Shown here in pieces: positions 20,362-30,350 of a stretch of DNA of 64,000 bases. The translations under genes were made by a program, and so were the position numbers. How positions within the stretch are numbered: the first letter of the stretch is position 1; each line of letters opens with the position of its first letter. The stretch is from Candidatus Dormiibacterota bacterium (GTDB taxonomy: Bacteria; Chloroflexota; Dormibacteria; Aeolococcales; Aeolococcaceae). Location of the stretch: NCBI GenBank assembly GCA_963709585.1, contig CAVPXI010000014.1:84320-148319 (forward strand). Direction: 5' to 3'. The notes under the pieces were generated by a model, which was not told where the DNA came from, ran no database searches, and saw only the letters and a program-made list of their open reading frames with translations.

Positions 20362-21213
20362 TCACGGCGCGTAGACCCCCGGCTGGGGGAGGTTCGAGCC
20401 GGCGTAAACATGGCTGTAGGGCGGGAGGTACTGCATCACCGGGGCATCCAGCGCCGTCTGCTGCTGAATCCACGCGGAGAAATCCGTGGCGCTCACCACC
20501 ATCGCGGTGTCGTCGGTCATGTTGCCGTGCCAGAGACCGCAGAGCTCGGAGCACTGGACGCGATAGGTGCCTGTCTGCGTCGGCGTCGCGGTCACGACGT
20601 TGTCGTTGAGAGGCACGGCGTCAGCCTTCACGCCGAGCGCGTAGAACCAGAACGAGTGGATAACGTCCAGCGACGTGACGTGGAACTCAATTTTCTGGTT
20701 GACGGGTAACACGAGCTGAGCGGTCTCGATGCCGCCATATGCTGGATATCGGTAGGTGAACCACCACTGCTGGGCGATCACCTGCACCTCGAGTGGCTGA
20801 TCGGCCGTCGCCGGCATCGGCAGCGAGGCTGCGGTGGTTGAGATGCCGGCCCCCGGCTGGTCGATGGCGAGCGCCACGGTGCCGTAGACAGCCAGGCTCA
20901 GCACGACGACGAGCGTGGTCGCGATCCAGGTGGTCTGGGCCCGCGTATTGCCTCGAAGCTCGCTCGCGCTCACCTCGGCCGTGGGCGGGGCCAGTCGGTT
21001 GACCACCAGGGTGAAGAACAGCGCCGCAAGGACCGCGGAGAAGACGGGCCACGCGATCACAGAGAGCACCAGGATCACGAGGCTCTCGCTGGAGGCGAGG
21101 TCAGAGGCTTGCCCCGGCGGGATCGGGCCGAGCGCCAGCGCCACATCGCCGGCCACGGCGAGGACGAACCAGACGATGAGCACGACCCGGATTGCGGTGG
21201 CTCTGTTTCTCAT
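20362..21213 (-). CDS. ctaC: cytochrome c oxidase subunit II (CuA subunit)
   Basis: Two N-terminal TM helices and a cupredoxin domain with the CuA motif HSFW...CSELCGLWHGNM. Confidence 0.9.
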   Translation of the reverse strand: MRNRATAIRVVLIVWFVLAVAGDVALALGPIPPGQASDLASSESLVILVLSVIAWPVFSAVLAALFFTLVVNRLAPPTAEVSASELRGNTRAQTTWIATTLVVVLSLAVYGTVALAIDQPGAGISTTAASLPMPATADQPLEVQVIAQQWWFTYRYPAYGGIETAQLVLPVNQKIEFHVTSLDVIHSFWFYALGVKADAVPLNDNVVTATPTQTGTYRVQCSELCGLWHGNMTDDTAMVVSATDFSAWIQQQTALDAPVMQYLPPYSHVYAGSNLPQPGVYAP

Positions 21214-21216
21214 CGG

Positions 21217-21822
21217 TCAGCCCACCTGGAGCTCGCCGGCCATGTAGCCGAGGGTCTGCATCGGACCACCGTTGCCGTAGAGGGTTCCGGCCCCGCAGGG
21301 TACGAAGCACTGCCAGCGGAAGAGGCCCTTCTGGTCCGGCACGACGAAGCTGAACTCGACGACGTTCTGAGTCACTTTCCCGGACACCCCTTCAAGGGGA
21401 ACGCTGACCCCGAGATCAGGAACCGTAAAGGTGTGAGCCGGGGTCGTCGGGTCGAGCGCCTGGATCACCTTGCCGTTGACGGTCATCTCGTTGTTGACCG
21501 TGCCTCGGACCAAAGAGAAGTACGGGTTGCGCAACCCGGACGGACTGTCCTGCTGGTCGATGGTGATGTGCACCACCGCCCCGGCCGGCACCTTGAGATA
21601 CGTGGTCGGCAGGTAGGAGACCCACGCAGGATGTGGTCCGAAGCCGATCGTGCCGACGGTCGTCAGGGTGAAGTTGACGACCGTCTTCCCCTGGATCGTC
21701 GCCGAGGTGGACGTCGCCGTGATCTGCTCGGGCGTCGGGTTGAGGAAGCGGGTCACGAAGAACCCGACTGCCACCGCCGCCACGACCACACCGGCCACGA
21801 GGATCCAGAATCTCGATCGCAT
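21217..21822 (-). CDS. membrane-anchored cupredoxin-like protein, function unknown
   Basis: N-terminal TM helix (FWILVAGVVVAAVAVGFFV). Beta-rich domain ending HTFTVPDLG...FRWQCFVPCGAGTLYGNGGPMQTLGYM. First gene of the oxidase operon, 3 nt before ctaC. Confidence 0.6.
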   Translation of the reverse strand: MRSRFWILVAGVVVAAVAVGFFVTRFLNPTPEQITATSTSATIQGKTVVNFTLTTVGTIGFGPHPAWVSYLPTTYLKVPAGAVVHITIDQQDSPSGLRNPYFSLVRGTVNNEMTVNGKVIQALDPTTPAHTFTVPDLGVSVPLEGVSGKVTQNVVEFSFVVPDQKGLFRWQCFVPCGAGTLYGNGGPMQTLGYMAGELQVG

Positions 21823-22190
21823 GGTTGCCTTACCTCTCTGTGTGCACGACTGGGGCAGTGGCGGACACGACGACGTGAATCAGGAGGGGCACCGGTAGCG
21901 TCGCGTGGCAACGGCCACTATGCGGAGCTAGGTCGCTCCGCCAGGCCCGCGACGGCCGAGATGAGATGAATCCGGGCACCAGTTCTCCACTCAACAGGCT
22001 GCCGGCTCGTGCTGAAGGCGACATGATCGCGGTGTTAGAGGGGTTCCGTCAAGCCCCTCGTTTGGCGGTGACCTGCGTCACTCACGTTCGAGGGGCGACC
22101 CGGTGAGCGCGCGATCGTATTGCTCGGCAGTTGACCGATCTCGGATGCCGCCGGCGACCACACCAACCCAGGTGCGGAGGGCACCGTCGG

Positions 22191-23162
22191 TCAGGCGGCA
22201 TCCTCGGCACTGCGGACGAGACTCAGAGACGCCGGTGCGTTGACGGGCTCGCCCGCCGACGCCGGTATGTTGTCGGGCTCACCCGCAATCTCGCGCAGCG
22301 TCCGCCCGCTCATCTGCACCCTGACCCAGGCCGCAACCAGTGCGATCACGCTGAGCAGAAGGACGATCCCGATTGCAAGCGTGGGGACATTGAGGAGCTT
22401 GAGACCGGAGACGAGCAGCACGGCGCTGAGCGCACCTCGGATGAACAGCGTCGGGGCATAGGACGAGATGGTCGCTCCGATGAGCACCCCAGGAAGACTG
22501 CCGATGAGGATCGACGCGGTCAGTCCGAGCTTGAAGTCCCCAAACAGGATGTGGGCGATGGCAGCTGCCCCCACCATGGGGATCGCCTGAGCGAGGTCCG
22601 TACCCACCATCTGGGATCCGCGCAGGCGCGGATACAGGAAGAGCAGCAGGACGATGACCAGGGTGCCCGACCCGACCGAGGTGATCCCGACGATGAAGCC
22701 GATCGACGCCCCGATCGCCAGCGTCGGGACCCTCTTGACGCGCAGCGCGTCCTCGACCCCACCGGCCTGTCCACTCCTGCGGTCCAGGTACATCTTGAAA
22801 CCGAGGGCGGCGACGGCCACGAGCAGGATCGCTCCGAGCGACACGCTGACGATGCTTTGAATTCGAGTCCCGTCGCCGACCCACTTGAGGAAGGAGACCC
22901 CGAGGAAAGCGGCGGGCACCGAGCCGATGGCAAGCCACGCGACCAGACCCCAGCGCACCGTCCCGCGCCCGGCGTGAACAGCGGCACCGACCGGCTTCAT
23001 CACCAGGGACGCGACCAGGTCGCTCGCCACGGCCGCGACTGGCTGGACGTGGAACAGCAGGACGAGTACCGGGGTCATGAGCGCGCCGCCACCCATCCCG
23101 GTTAGCCCGACTGCGCATCCGACGATCAGTCCGGCTAGTGCGATGTAAAGGTCGATGTGCAC
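22191..23162 (-). CDS. TauE/SafE family sulfite/anion exporter
   Basis: LTGMGGGALMTPVLVLLF and a repeated 4-TM organisation typical of TauE/SafE. Has a Pro/Ala-rich C-terminal tail. Confidence 0.85.
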   Translation of the reverse strand: MHIDLYIALAGLIVGCAVGLTGMGGGALMTPVLVLLFHVQPVAAVASDLVASLVMKPVGAAVHAGRGTVRWGLVAWLAIGSVPAAFLGVSFLKWVGDGTRIQSIVSVSLGAILLVAVAALGFKMYLDRRSGQAGGVEDALRVKRVPTLAIGASIGFIVGITSVGSGTLVIVLLLFLYPRLRGSQMVGTDLAQAIPMVGAAAIAHILFGDFKLGLTASILIGSLPGVLIGATISSYAPTLFIRGALSAVLLVSGLKLLNVPTLAIGIVLLLSVIALVAAWVRVQMSGRTLREIAGEPDNIPASAGEPVNAPASLSLVRSAEDAA

Positions 23163-23665
23163 CGCGTGATCCCCTTCTCAGCCCCTCGCGTCCCGTTTGA
23201 CGCCGATACCCAACCTTGCCGTATCTGTGGACCTGGCGTCAACGAGTTTGATGGGATCAAATCCATCTCATAATGCGAACGCTGCGGCATCCAGTGTCCG
23301 GTGGATCCGCGCCTCGAGCGACGATGGCGCGGGACCTGCCGCCCACGCGCGCTGGGCGGGCGGCGAGGTCTCGCTAACCGGTCGGTCAGAACCCCCTTCC
23401 GCTCAGGCCCTCGGACCTGGGCTTCACCCGTTCTCCTGGCTCTTTCCCCCGGTGCACAAACATTACTCCAAATGCGTCGAAAGCGTTAGACGCTCTCACC
23501 CGAGGCTGGGTCCCGGGCATCCTCCACGGGGCCGGCCCCGTGCGTGCTCTCCGGCGACCGTTATCGGTCGTTAACCAACGCGATACCCGACCATAACGCG
23601 ACGTTTCCTACGCTCACGGCGGGTCTGGATCTCCAAATCCAGCGGACTAAGGAGGAAACGCGGGG

Positions 23666-24799
23666 ATGAACATCGAACTGCATCGTCGTGCGCGCTTGCG
23701 TGCTCTCGCACACGCGAACGATGGGATACGCAACGCCCCACGACAGGCTGTGTCGTTGGGCGCGACGGCAGTGCTCTTCGCCGGGGCACTCGCCGCGTGC
23801 GGTGGCACCCCGGCTGTCGCGGGTGGAGCGACCGCGACCGCGATCGTGCCCCTGGTCGTCTACTCGGCGCAGGGGTACGACAGCGTCATGACCAAGGCAT
23901 TCCAGAAGGCCACCGGCATCCCCGTCAAGCTCGACGACGACAGCACTGGCCCACTGCTCGCCAAGGTGGCCGCCGAAAGCAACAATCCCCAGTGGGGACT
24001 GCTCTGGGTCGACGGCGACACGGCGTTTGCCTCGCTCGACAAGCAGGGACAGCTGCTCGACTATGCTCCGCCGGTCACGCTGACCTCGGTCGCACAATCC
24101 CTGGTGCCCGCCGACCACTCGTACATTCCGGCCAGCACGACGGTGATGGCCGCGGTGATCTACAACGCCGCCAAGGTCTCGGCGGTGCCGGCGACATACC
24201 AGGATCTTCTCCAATCGCAGTACAAGGGTCGAGTTGGCATGAACGATCCGTCCCAGTCGGGGCCGACGTTCCCGTTCATCGCCGGCCTCATGGACCAGTT
24301 CGGGGGCACCGCTAACGGGGTGGCGGCCGGGGAGTCGTACCTCACCAAGCTGAAGGCGAACGGCCTGCAGGTCTTCCCGACCAACGGCGACACACTCCAC
24401 GCGCTCGAGACCGGGGTGATCGATTACGGGATGATCCAGAGCTCCGCCGCGACGGGCGAGGTGATCAAGGCCACGAAGAGCGCGACGTTCGACCCGAAGG
24501 TCGTGTACCTTCCAAATTCAACGCTGTTGCCGGCGGTGATCGGCATTGACAAGAAGGCTCCGGCAGCCGAGCGATCCGAGGCTCAGCGGTTCGTGCAGTT
24601 CGTGCTGTCTGCCGCGGGCCAGGCGATCATGCAGACGGGTGATCCGTCGGGAGACTCGCTGTTCTGGCCGATCGTGCCCGGGGTGACCACGCTCCCCGCA
24701 CTCCCGCCATTCCCTGCCAATTACCAGAAGCTCGATCCCTATTTCTGGGGCCCGTTGGAGGGCCAGGTGAACTCCTGGTTCGACCTGAACATCAAGTAG
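23666..24799 (+). CDS. ABC transporter substrate-binding protein, Fe(III)/polyamine-type (family 1)
   Basis: AGGAGGA lies 8 nt upstream of the ATG. Signal peptide with ALAACGG. VVYSAQGYDSVMTKAFQKATGIPVKLDDDSTGPLLAKV resembles FbpA/AfuA-type binding proteins. Confidence 0.8.
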   Translation: MNIELHRRARLRALAHANDGIRNAPRQAVSLGATAVLFAGALAACGGTPAVAGGATATAIVPLVVYSAQGYDSVMTKAFQKATGIPVKLDDDSTGPLLAKVAAESNNPQWGLLWVDGDTAFASLDKQGQLLDYAPPVTLTSVAQSLVPADHSYIPASTTVMAAVIYNAAKVSAVPATYQDLLQSQYKGRVGMNDPSQSGPTFPFIAGLMDQFGGTANGVAAGESYLTKLKANGLQVFPTNGDTLHALETGVIDYGMIQSSAATGEVIKATKSATFDPKVVYLPNSTLLPAVIGIDKKAPAAERSEAQRFVQFVLSAAGQAIMQTGDPSGDSLFWPIVPGVTTLPALPPFPANYQKLDPYFWGPLEGQVNSWFDLNIK

Positions 24800-24808
24800 G
24801 AACCGACA

Positions 24809-26581
24809 TTGGCCGGTACCCTCACCAGCTCTCCGCCGATCGTGGCGGAGAGCCGCGGGGACAGGAGGCGGTTGGCGCTGTCTCGGTTCAGCGGCGCTCC
24901 ATTGCTCGTCTTCTGGCTGCTCGTCGCGGCAATTCTCGCAGTGCCGGTCCTCCTCTTTCTCGCGGTCGCATTCTCACCCCGGCTGTTCGATCAGGGGCCT
25001 GAGTGGTTCACGCTATCCGGCTTCGGGCAAGCGTTCTCGGGCCCGCTCCTCCAGGGCGTCGCCGACTCCGTCTTCGTCGGCGTGTGCAGCGCGATCGCCG
25101 CAGCGGCGATCGGTTTCGTCGTGGCCTGGCTTGTGGTTCGAACCGACCTCCCCGGACGGCGGCTGTGGACCGGGGTCATGTTTGCGCTCCTGCTGGCGCC
25201 GTCTTACCTGGTCGCACTCGGGTGGGAACGCCTGCTCGAGCCGATGGGCGTGCTCGACGTCGCGGGGGTGCACCCCGGCGGATTCCGAACCCTCTTCTAC
25301 GGTCCCTTCGGGGTGATCGTGGTCCTGACCGCGAAGGGATTGCCCTTTGCTTTCCTCGCCATCTCCGCGGCGCTGCGCGGGCTCGGCGAAGAGTTCGAGG
25401 CGGCAGTGCGCGTGCACGGCGGCGGTCCGCTCGCCGCACTCCGGGTGGTCGTGGCGCTGATCTCGCCCGCGGTGTGGTCGGCACTCGCCATCGTCTTCGC
25501 CGAATCCGTGAGCGATTTCGGCGTGGCCGACACACTCGCCAATGACGCTCACTTTCCCGTTGCCACGTACTCGCTCTACAACGCGGTGCAGGCGTTTCCC
25601 ATCCAGTTCTCAGTGGCGGCCGCCGTCGGTTGGGTGTTGCTGGGACTGGTCGCGCTTGCGCTTCTCGCGCAGGGCTGGGCTCTCCGAAGCCGGAGTTATC
25701 GAGTGTTCGGGGGCAGAAGCCGGCCGGCCCGTCGACTCCATCTCTCCGGGTTCGCGAAACTCGGGGCGCTCACCGGCATGCTGGCGGTCCTCGTGATCGG
25801 CATCGGCGTCCCCGCATTCGGAGCGGTGTCGGCATCACTCATCAACGGACTCGGCTCGCTCATCACCAGTCACGGGTTGACACTGGCCAACTACAGTCGG
25901 GTGCTCAGCAGCCCGGATCTGCGCGATCCGCTCATCTACTCAGGGCAGCTCGCCCTCATCACCGCGACAGTGACCATTGTCCTGGCCGTGGTGGCGGCGC
26001 GCGTGATGTCGCGCCGCGGGACTCACGTGAGCGCGCGATTGCTCGACATGACGCTGCTCACCGCCGTCGCGCTGCCCGGCATCGTGTTCGCGGCAGGCTA
26101 CATCTTCACCTTCAACCTGCCCGTGCTCACCCAGTTCGGCATTCAGCTCTACGAAACCACTGGACTGCTGGTCGTCGGCTACATCGCCACCGCGCTGCCG
26201 GCGACATCCAGAAGTCCTGCTGGGCAGCGTCAGCCAGATCCAGGAATCGCTCGCCGAAGCAGGGCGCGTGCACGGGAGCGGTGTGCTCGGCGCGTGGATA
26301 CGCACGGTGCTCCCGGTGCTTGCGCGGCCGTTGCTCGCCGCGTGGTTGCTCGTCTTCGGTGCGACGCTCCTCGAGCTTCCGATGTCGCAGCTGCTCTATC
26401 CCCCAGGCCAGCCACCCGTGTCCGTGGCGATCACCAAGGCGCTCGCCAACTACGACTTCGCCGGCGGCACCGCAATGGAGGTGGTCGCCGTGCTCGGCGC
26501 ACTGGTCATCGTCGCACTGGTCTGGACTTCTTCCGACTGCTCGCGCCGGCGGGGTGGCGGCGCATCGGATCGACGACATGA
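24809..26581 (+). pseudogene. two-domain ABC transporter permease (FbpB-like), reading frame leaves and returns
   Basis: TTG start at 24809. The frame is good through ...VVGYIATALPATS. The sequence continues in ORF 26268..26771 and upstream of it (VLLGSVSQIQESLAEAGRVHGSGVLGAWIRTVLPVL...GALVIVALV). It then returns to the first frame (GLDFFRLLAPAGWRRIGSTT*). Switches occur at about 26210-26213 (extra A) and about 26515-26521. Confidence 0.8.
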
Positions 26582-27708
26582 CGCAAGCGTCCCTCCCGGA
26601 GATCTCTCCGGCGGGTCATCACGTCGAAATCAGCGGTGCAGTCAAGCACTACGGCCGGGCACGCGGGCTCGTCGGTGTCGACCTCGTCATTCGACCGGGT
26701 CGCTTCCTCGTGCTGCTCGGACCGTCCGGCTCCGGCAAGACAACCCTCGCGCGCTGCCTGGCGGGAGTTGAGCGCCTTGACGGCGGCGTCATCCGTCTCA
26801 GCGACCGGGTGGTGAGCGACGGGCGGCGGCATCTCCCGCCGGAACGCCGGAATCTGGCCATGGTGTTCCAGGACTATGCGTTGTGGCCACACCTGACCGT
26901 GCACGGCAACGTCAGCTATGCGCTCCGCCGACGTCACCTCGCACATGCCGAATCCCGCCGGCGAGTGCTGGACGCGCTGGATCAGGTCGGCCTCGCCCCC
27001 TTCGCCGATCGATACCCTCACCAGCTCTCGGGCGGAGAGCAGCAGCGCGTGGCACTCGCGCGCGCAGTGGTGGCCCGTCCCGGGCTGCTGCTCTTTGACG
27101 AGCCGCTGTCCAACCTGGACGCGGATCTCCGAGAACGGCTCCGCGTGCAGATCGCGACCATCGCACGGGACAGCGGGGCCACGGTCGTGTACATCACCCA
27201 CGACCAATCGGAGGCCTTCGCGCTCGCCGACGAGGTGGCGGTGCTCGACGGCGGTCAACTCGTGCAGCTGGGCCCACCGGAGCAGATCTATCGCCAGCCC
27301 GTGAACCTCTTCGTCGCTCGCTTCACCGGATCGGCGGGAGAGTTTCCCGGTCGGGTGATCCGGGTCAGCGACGGCCATGTCGATGTCGCGGTCGGTGACG
27401 CGGCCACGCTGCGCGCTCGCCAGGGTGGAGACGTGACCGCCGGCGCCGAGGTCCGGGTCCTGGTCCGCCCCGCGGCCACCCGCGTGGTCGTCGAGACGAC
27501 CGGCTCAGGCGCATCACTCACCGGCACGGTGGTGGACGTCGCTTACCGGGGCAGAGGGTACGATCACTTGGTCGCCTGCGCCGGGGGAACACTCTCTTCG
27601 GTCTTCGATCCGAACCGGTGGCCGCGCGGCGCCGAGCTCACGATCCAAATCGACCCGGACGGGTGCGTCGCCTATCCGGACAAGGCGAGCGGATCGAACC
27701 TGAACTGA
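26578..27708 (+). CDS. ABC transporter ATP-binding protein (FbpC/PotA-like)
   Basis: ORF 25630..27708, trimmed to the ATG at 26578, which forms an ATGA overlap with the permease stop. Walker A GPSGSGKTT, LSGGEQQRV, LLLFDEPLSNLD, and a C-terminal TOBE-like domain. Confidence 0.9.
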   Translation: MTQASLPEISPAGHHVEISGAVKHYGRARGLVGVDLVIRPGRFLVLLGPSGSGKTTLARCLAGVERLDGGVIRLSDRVVSDGRRHLPPERRNLAMVFQDYALWPHLTVHGNVSYALRRRHLAHAESRRRVLDALDQVGLAPFADRYPHQLSGGEQQRVALARAVVARPGLLLFDEPLSNLDADLRERLRVQIATIARDSGATVVYITHDQSEAFALADEVAVLDGGQLVQLGPPEQIYRQPVNLFVARFTGSAGEFPGRVIRVSDGHVDVAVGDAATLRARQGGDVTAGAEVRVLVRPAATRVVVETTGSGASLTGTVVDVAYRGRGYDHLVACAGGTLSSVFDPNRWPRGAELTIQIDPDGCVAYPDKASGSNLN

Positions 27709-27733
27709 TGGCAGCTGGAGGTATCAATCGCCG

Positions 27734-28780
27734 ATGAGCATTCTCGTGATTCTTGCGACGTTCCTGGCCGCGGGTGTCGAATGGGTGGAGGCGCTCACCA
27801 TCGTCCTCGCGGTGGGCCTGGTCAGAGGCTGGAGAAGCGCGTTCACCGGCACCATCGCGGCGGTGGTTGCGCTGGTCGCACTCGTGGCCGCGTTCGGGCT
27901 GGCCATAACGTCGCACATCTCCATCGACGCGGCTCGAACCATGGTCGGTGTTTTCCTCCTGCTGTTCGGCCTCAAATGGCTGCACAAGGCAGTGCTTCGG
28001 TCGAGCGGCCTCAAGTCGCTGCACGACGAGGCCAAGATCTTCGCGGAGACGGAGGTGATGCTGCGTGCCTCGAGCGGACGCAAGGTCGCTCTCGATCGTG
28101 TCGGCGTGAGCACGTCATTCAGCGGGGTCTTTCTCGAGGGGCTCGAGGTGGTGTTCATCGTCGTCGCCCTGGGAGGACTTCAGGACGTGTCGTCGGCGGT
28201 CGTGGGCGCCGTCGCATCGCTGGTGGTGGTCGCGGGCGCCGGGTTCGCGCTCCGGCATCCATTGACCCAGGTGCCGGAAAACGCCATGAAGTACGTGGTC
28301 GGCATCATGCTCACGTCGTTCGGGACCTTCTTCGCTGGCGAGGGCATCGGGGTGCAGTGGTGGGGCAGCGACCTGAGCCTGCTCCCGCTCATAGCCGGTT
28401 ACGCGGCAGTGTCGCTGCTCTTCGTATGGCTGCTGCGGCGACCGGCTGGCGTCAGCGGCCGCCTCGACACCGGAGTGGTTCACGCTCTCGGTGCCGCGGT
28501 CCGCGAGGTGTGGGGGCTGTTCGTCGAGGACGGAGCGGTCGCGATCGTGGCCATCGTGGTGCTGCTCGGCGCGACGGTCTTCACGCAGCACTTCCCCGCA
28601 CAGCGTGCCCTGGCAGGCCTTCTCCTCGCGGTCGGGATCGCAGGCGCTGCCGGGGCGGGGCTGTCAGAGGCTCGCAAGCACAGTCGCGCGGTCAAACGCG
28701 TGGACGCTGCGGCAGCGCAGAACCCTGCGCCCGCACGCGTGCGTCCCGAGCGGATCGCCGACGAGGCGCCGGCCGGGTAG
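27734..28780 (+). CDS. polytopic membrane protein with internal duplication (COG4280-like), function unknown
   Basis: The two halves open with similar acidic helices (AAGVEWVEALTIVLAVG and VFLEGLEVVFIVVALG). Lies 25 nt after the ABC ATPase gene. Confidence 0.65.
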   Translation: MSILVILATFLAAGVEWVEALTIVLAVGLVRGWRSAFTGTIAAVVALVALVAAFGLAITSHISIDAARTMVGVFLLLFGLKWLHKAVLRSSGLKSLHDEAKIFAETEVMLRASSGRKVALDRVGVSTSFSGVFLEGLEVVFIVVALGGLQDVSSAVVGAVASLVVVAGAGFALRHPLTQVPENAMKYVVGIMLTSFGTFFAGEGIGVQWWGSDLSLLPLIAGYAAVSLLFVWLLRRPAGVSGRLDTGVVHALGAAVREVWGLFVEDGAVAIVAIVVLLGATVFTQHFPAQRALAGLLLAVGIAGAAGAGLSEARKHSRAVKRVDAAAAQNPAPARVRPERIADEAPAG

Positions 28781-28782
28781 CG

Positions 28783-30180
28783 TCAGTTGCGGCCGAGGTC
28801 GAACGGACGCAGGAATCGCGTGGGCTGAAAGGCGATGTACGCGGCGGGCGCGATGTTGTAGGTCGGCCCGAGCGCGGTTGCCGCGGCCTCGAGGTTCGCA
28901 GCGCTCGTGCTGTCGCCCCAGGCGCCGGTGTTCACTCGGTGGATCAAAGCCTGGAATGCCGCGATCGTCTCCGCCGGAGTGAACGTGCAATGGCCGGCGC
29001 GATGCACGTATCCCTCGCGCAGCATCGCGCCGTCGGCCGCGTCCTGCGCGACGTTGCGATACGCCTGCTCATCCTGGTTGACCACAAGACCGTCGCCGGT
29101 GGTGTGCAGGGTGAGCACCGGGAGGTCGAGATCGCCGTTGTAGACGATGTACCTGGTGAGGTACTTGACCGCCCCCGGATCGGCGGCGATCGGCGCTGAG
29201 GCCTGGATCGTCGCCAGGTCAGCGCTCAGGCTCAGACCTGCCGAGGTGTAGAGCGCCTGGACCTCGGCAAGATCAGAGGACAGTGCGAGCTGCGCGGTGA
29301 AGTTGACACCGGTGGTCCATGAGACGTTGCCGCCTGCTCGCGCCTCGAGCTCTGCCCTGAGCGCGAATGCAAATGGTCCGTCGACCTGGGTCTGCCACAG
29401 GAACTGATTCGCCTCCTGGGAGGCGTAGTCGGTCGACGCCGGCTCGGGACTCGCCGGATTGAACCAACCGGGGACATCGGCGAGCGCGCTCGCCAGCGCG
29501 ATACGAGCTCTGCCCTGCGCGGTCCCCTGGGCGGTCGTCAGCAAGGTCTCGGCGATCCCGAGGTTGGTGCTGGGGCTGGTGATGTTGACCACCTGGAGAC
29601 CCGAGGTGGGTCCGAGGAGCTGTTGTACGGCGACCGCCGAGTCGAGGCCCTGGTTCCACGTGCCCACGCCCCCGGCGAGGACGCCGCACATCGGCAGCGC
29701 CGCGGTGAACCGCTGCGGAGCGACCTGGACGAGCGCGGCGGTGATCATCCCGCCGAGTGAGTGCCCCCAGGCGATCGTCCGAGCCGGCACGCCGACGCGC
29801 CGGTCGAAGGTGTTCAGCGTCGCGAGCTGGTCGGGTATCGCCTGCTGGAGCGCCCAGCCGGTCGTGGCATACGAGGATCCGGCGAGGGCGTAGCCGTTGC
29901 TGAGGAGCCACCCGCCGGTCAGGGGATCGCCGACGTCGGTCGCGGGGTTCGGGCTCCCCGGAGTCACGTAACCGTGGCTGTAGAGGACGAGGGTGCCGTT
30001 CCAGCTTGCCGGGACCTGGATCAAGTAGGTCGCGCCGTCGTGGAGGGTGCCGGTGATCGTGGTGGGTCCGCCGGCGAACGCGGAAGAGGGCCCCGCGCCG
30101 ATCGCAGCTGTCCCGATGCCGAGGGCCACAGCACTCACGACTGCGATGCGACGGCGGCTTGTCATTTGACTGCGACGCAT
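28783..30180 (-). CDS. secreted alpha/beta-hydrolase-fold protein
   Basis: Signal peptide (RRIAVVSAVALGIGTAAIGAGPSSAFA). Nucleophile-elbow motif AWGHSLGGM. 465 aa. Confidence 0.7.
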   Translation of the reverse strand: MRRSQMTSRRRIAVVSAVALGIGTAAIGAGPSSAFAGGPTTITGTLHDGATYLIQVPASWNGTLVLYSHGYVTPGSPNPATDVGDPLTGGWLLSNGYALAGSSYATTGWALQQAIPDQLATLNTFDRRVGVPARTIAWGHSLGGMITAALVQVAPQRFTAALPMCGVLAGGVGTWNQGLDSAVAVQQLLGPTSGLQVVNITSPSTNLGIAETLLTTAQGTAQGRARIALASALADVPGWFNPASPEPASTDYASQEANQFLWQTQVDGPFAFALRAELEARAGGNVSWTTGVNFTAQLALSSDLAEVQALYTSAGLSLSADLATIQASAPIAADPGAVKYLTRYIVYNGDLDLPVLTLHTTGDGLVVNQDEQAYRNVAQDAADGAMLREGYVHRAGHCTFTPAETIAAFQALIHRVNTGAWGDSTSAANLEAAATALGPTYNIAPAAYIAFQPTRFLRPFDLGRN

Positions 30181-30350
30181 GTTTCACCCCCCGCTGTGGA
30201 TCCCGAAGGCTGTCAGGGCGCCTGACGCTACTCCGCGCGCACAGCGTCGGTCAAGGTGCTCGACACATCGCATGACTTCGCCACCCTTCGCAGCGAGAAC
30301 CGTAACCGCTCGTTCGGCACCGACCATGCGAGGAGCGCAGCGTCAAGAGC

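Noticed and set aside
22131-23105. A 324-aa plus-strand ORF rich in R/D/E/H opposite the TauE/SafE gene, and similar charged ORFs at 10416..11486 and 6421..7281
   Set aside because: The highly charged repetitive composition is the mirror image of hydrophobic membrane-protein codons on the other strand. It is not credible as coding.
23400-23665. Riboswitch (TPP, cobalamin or other) upstream of the Fe-type binding-protein gene
   Set aside because: I could not find the conserved cores (for example the CUGAGA/ACCUGAUCUGG elements of TPP, or a B12 box). Only a generic hairpin is present. A covariance-model scan is needed.
25630-26577. A roughly 315-codon N-terminal extension of the ABC ATPase ORF (track ORF 25630..27708)
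   Set aside because: The extension is Arg/Pro/Ala-rich nonsense that overlaps the permease gene out of frame. The ATG at 26578 gives a normal ATPase N-terminus and an ATGA overlap with the permease stop.
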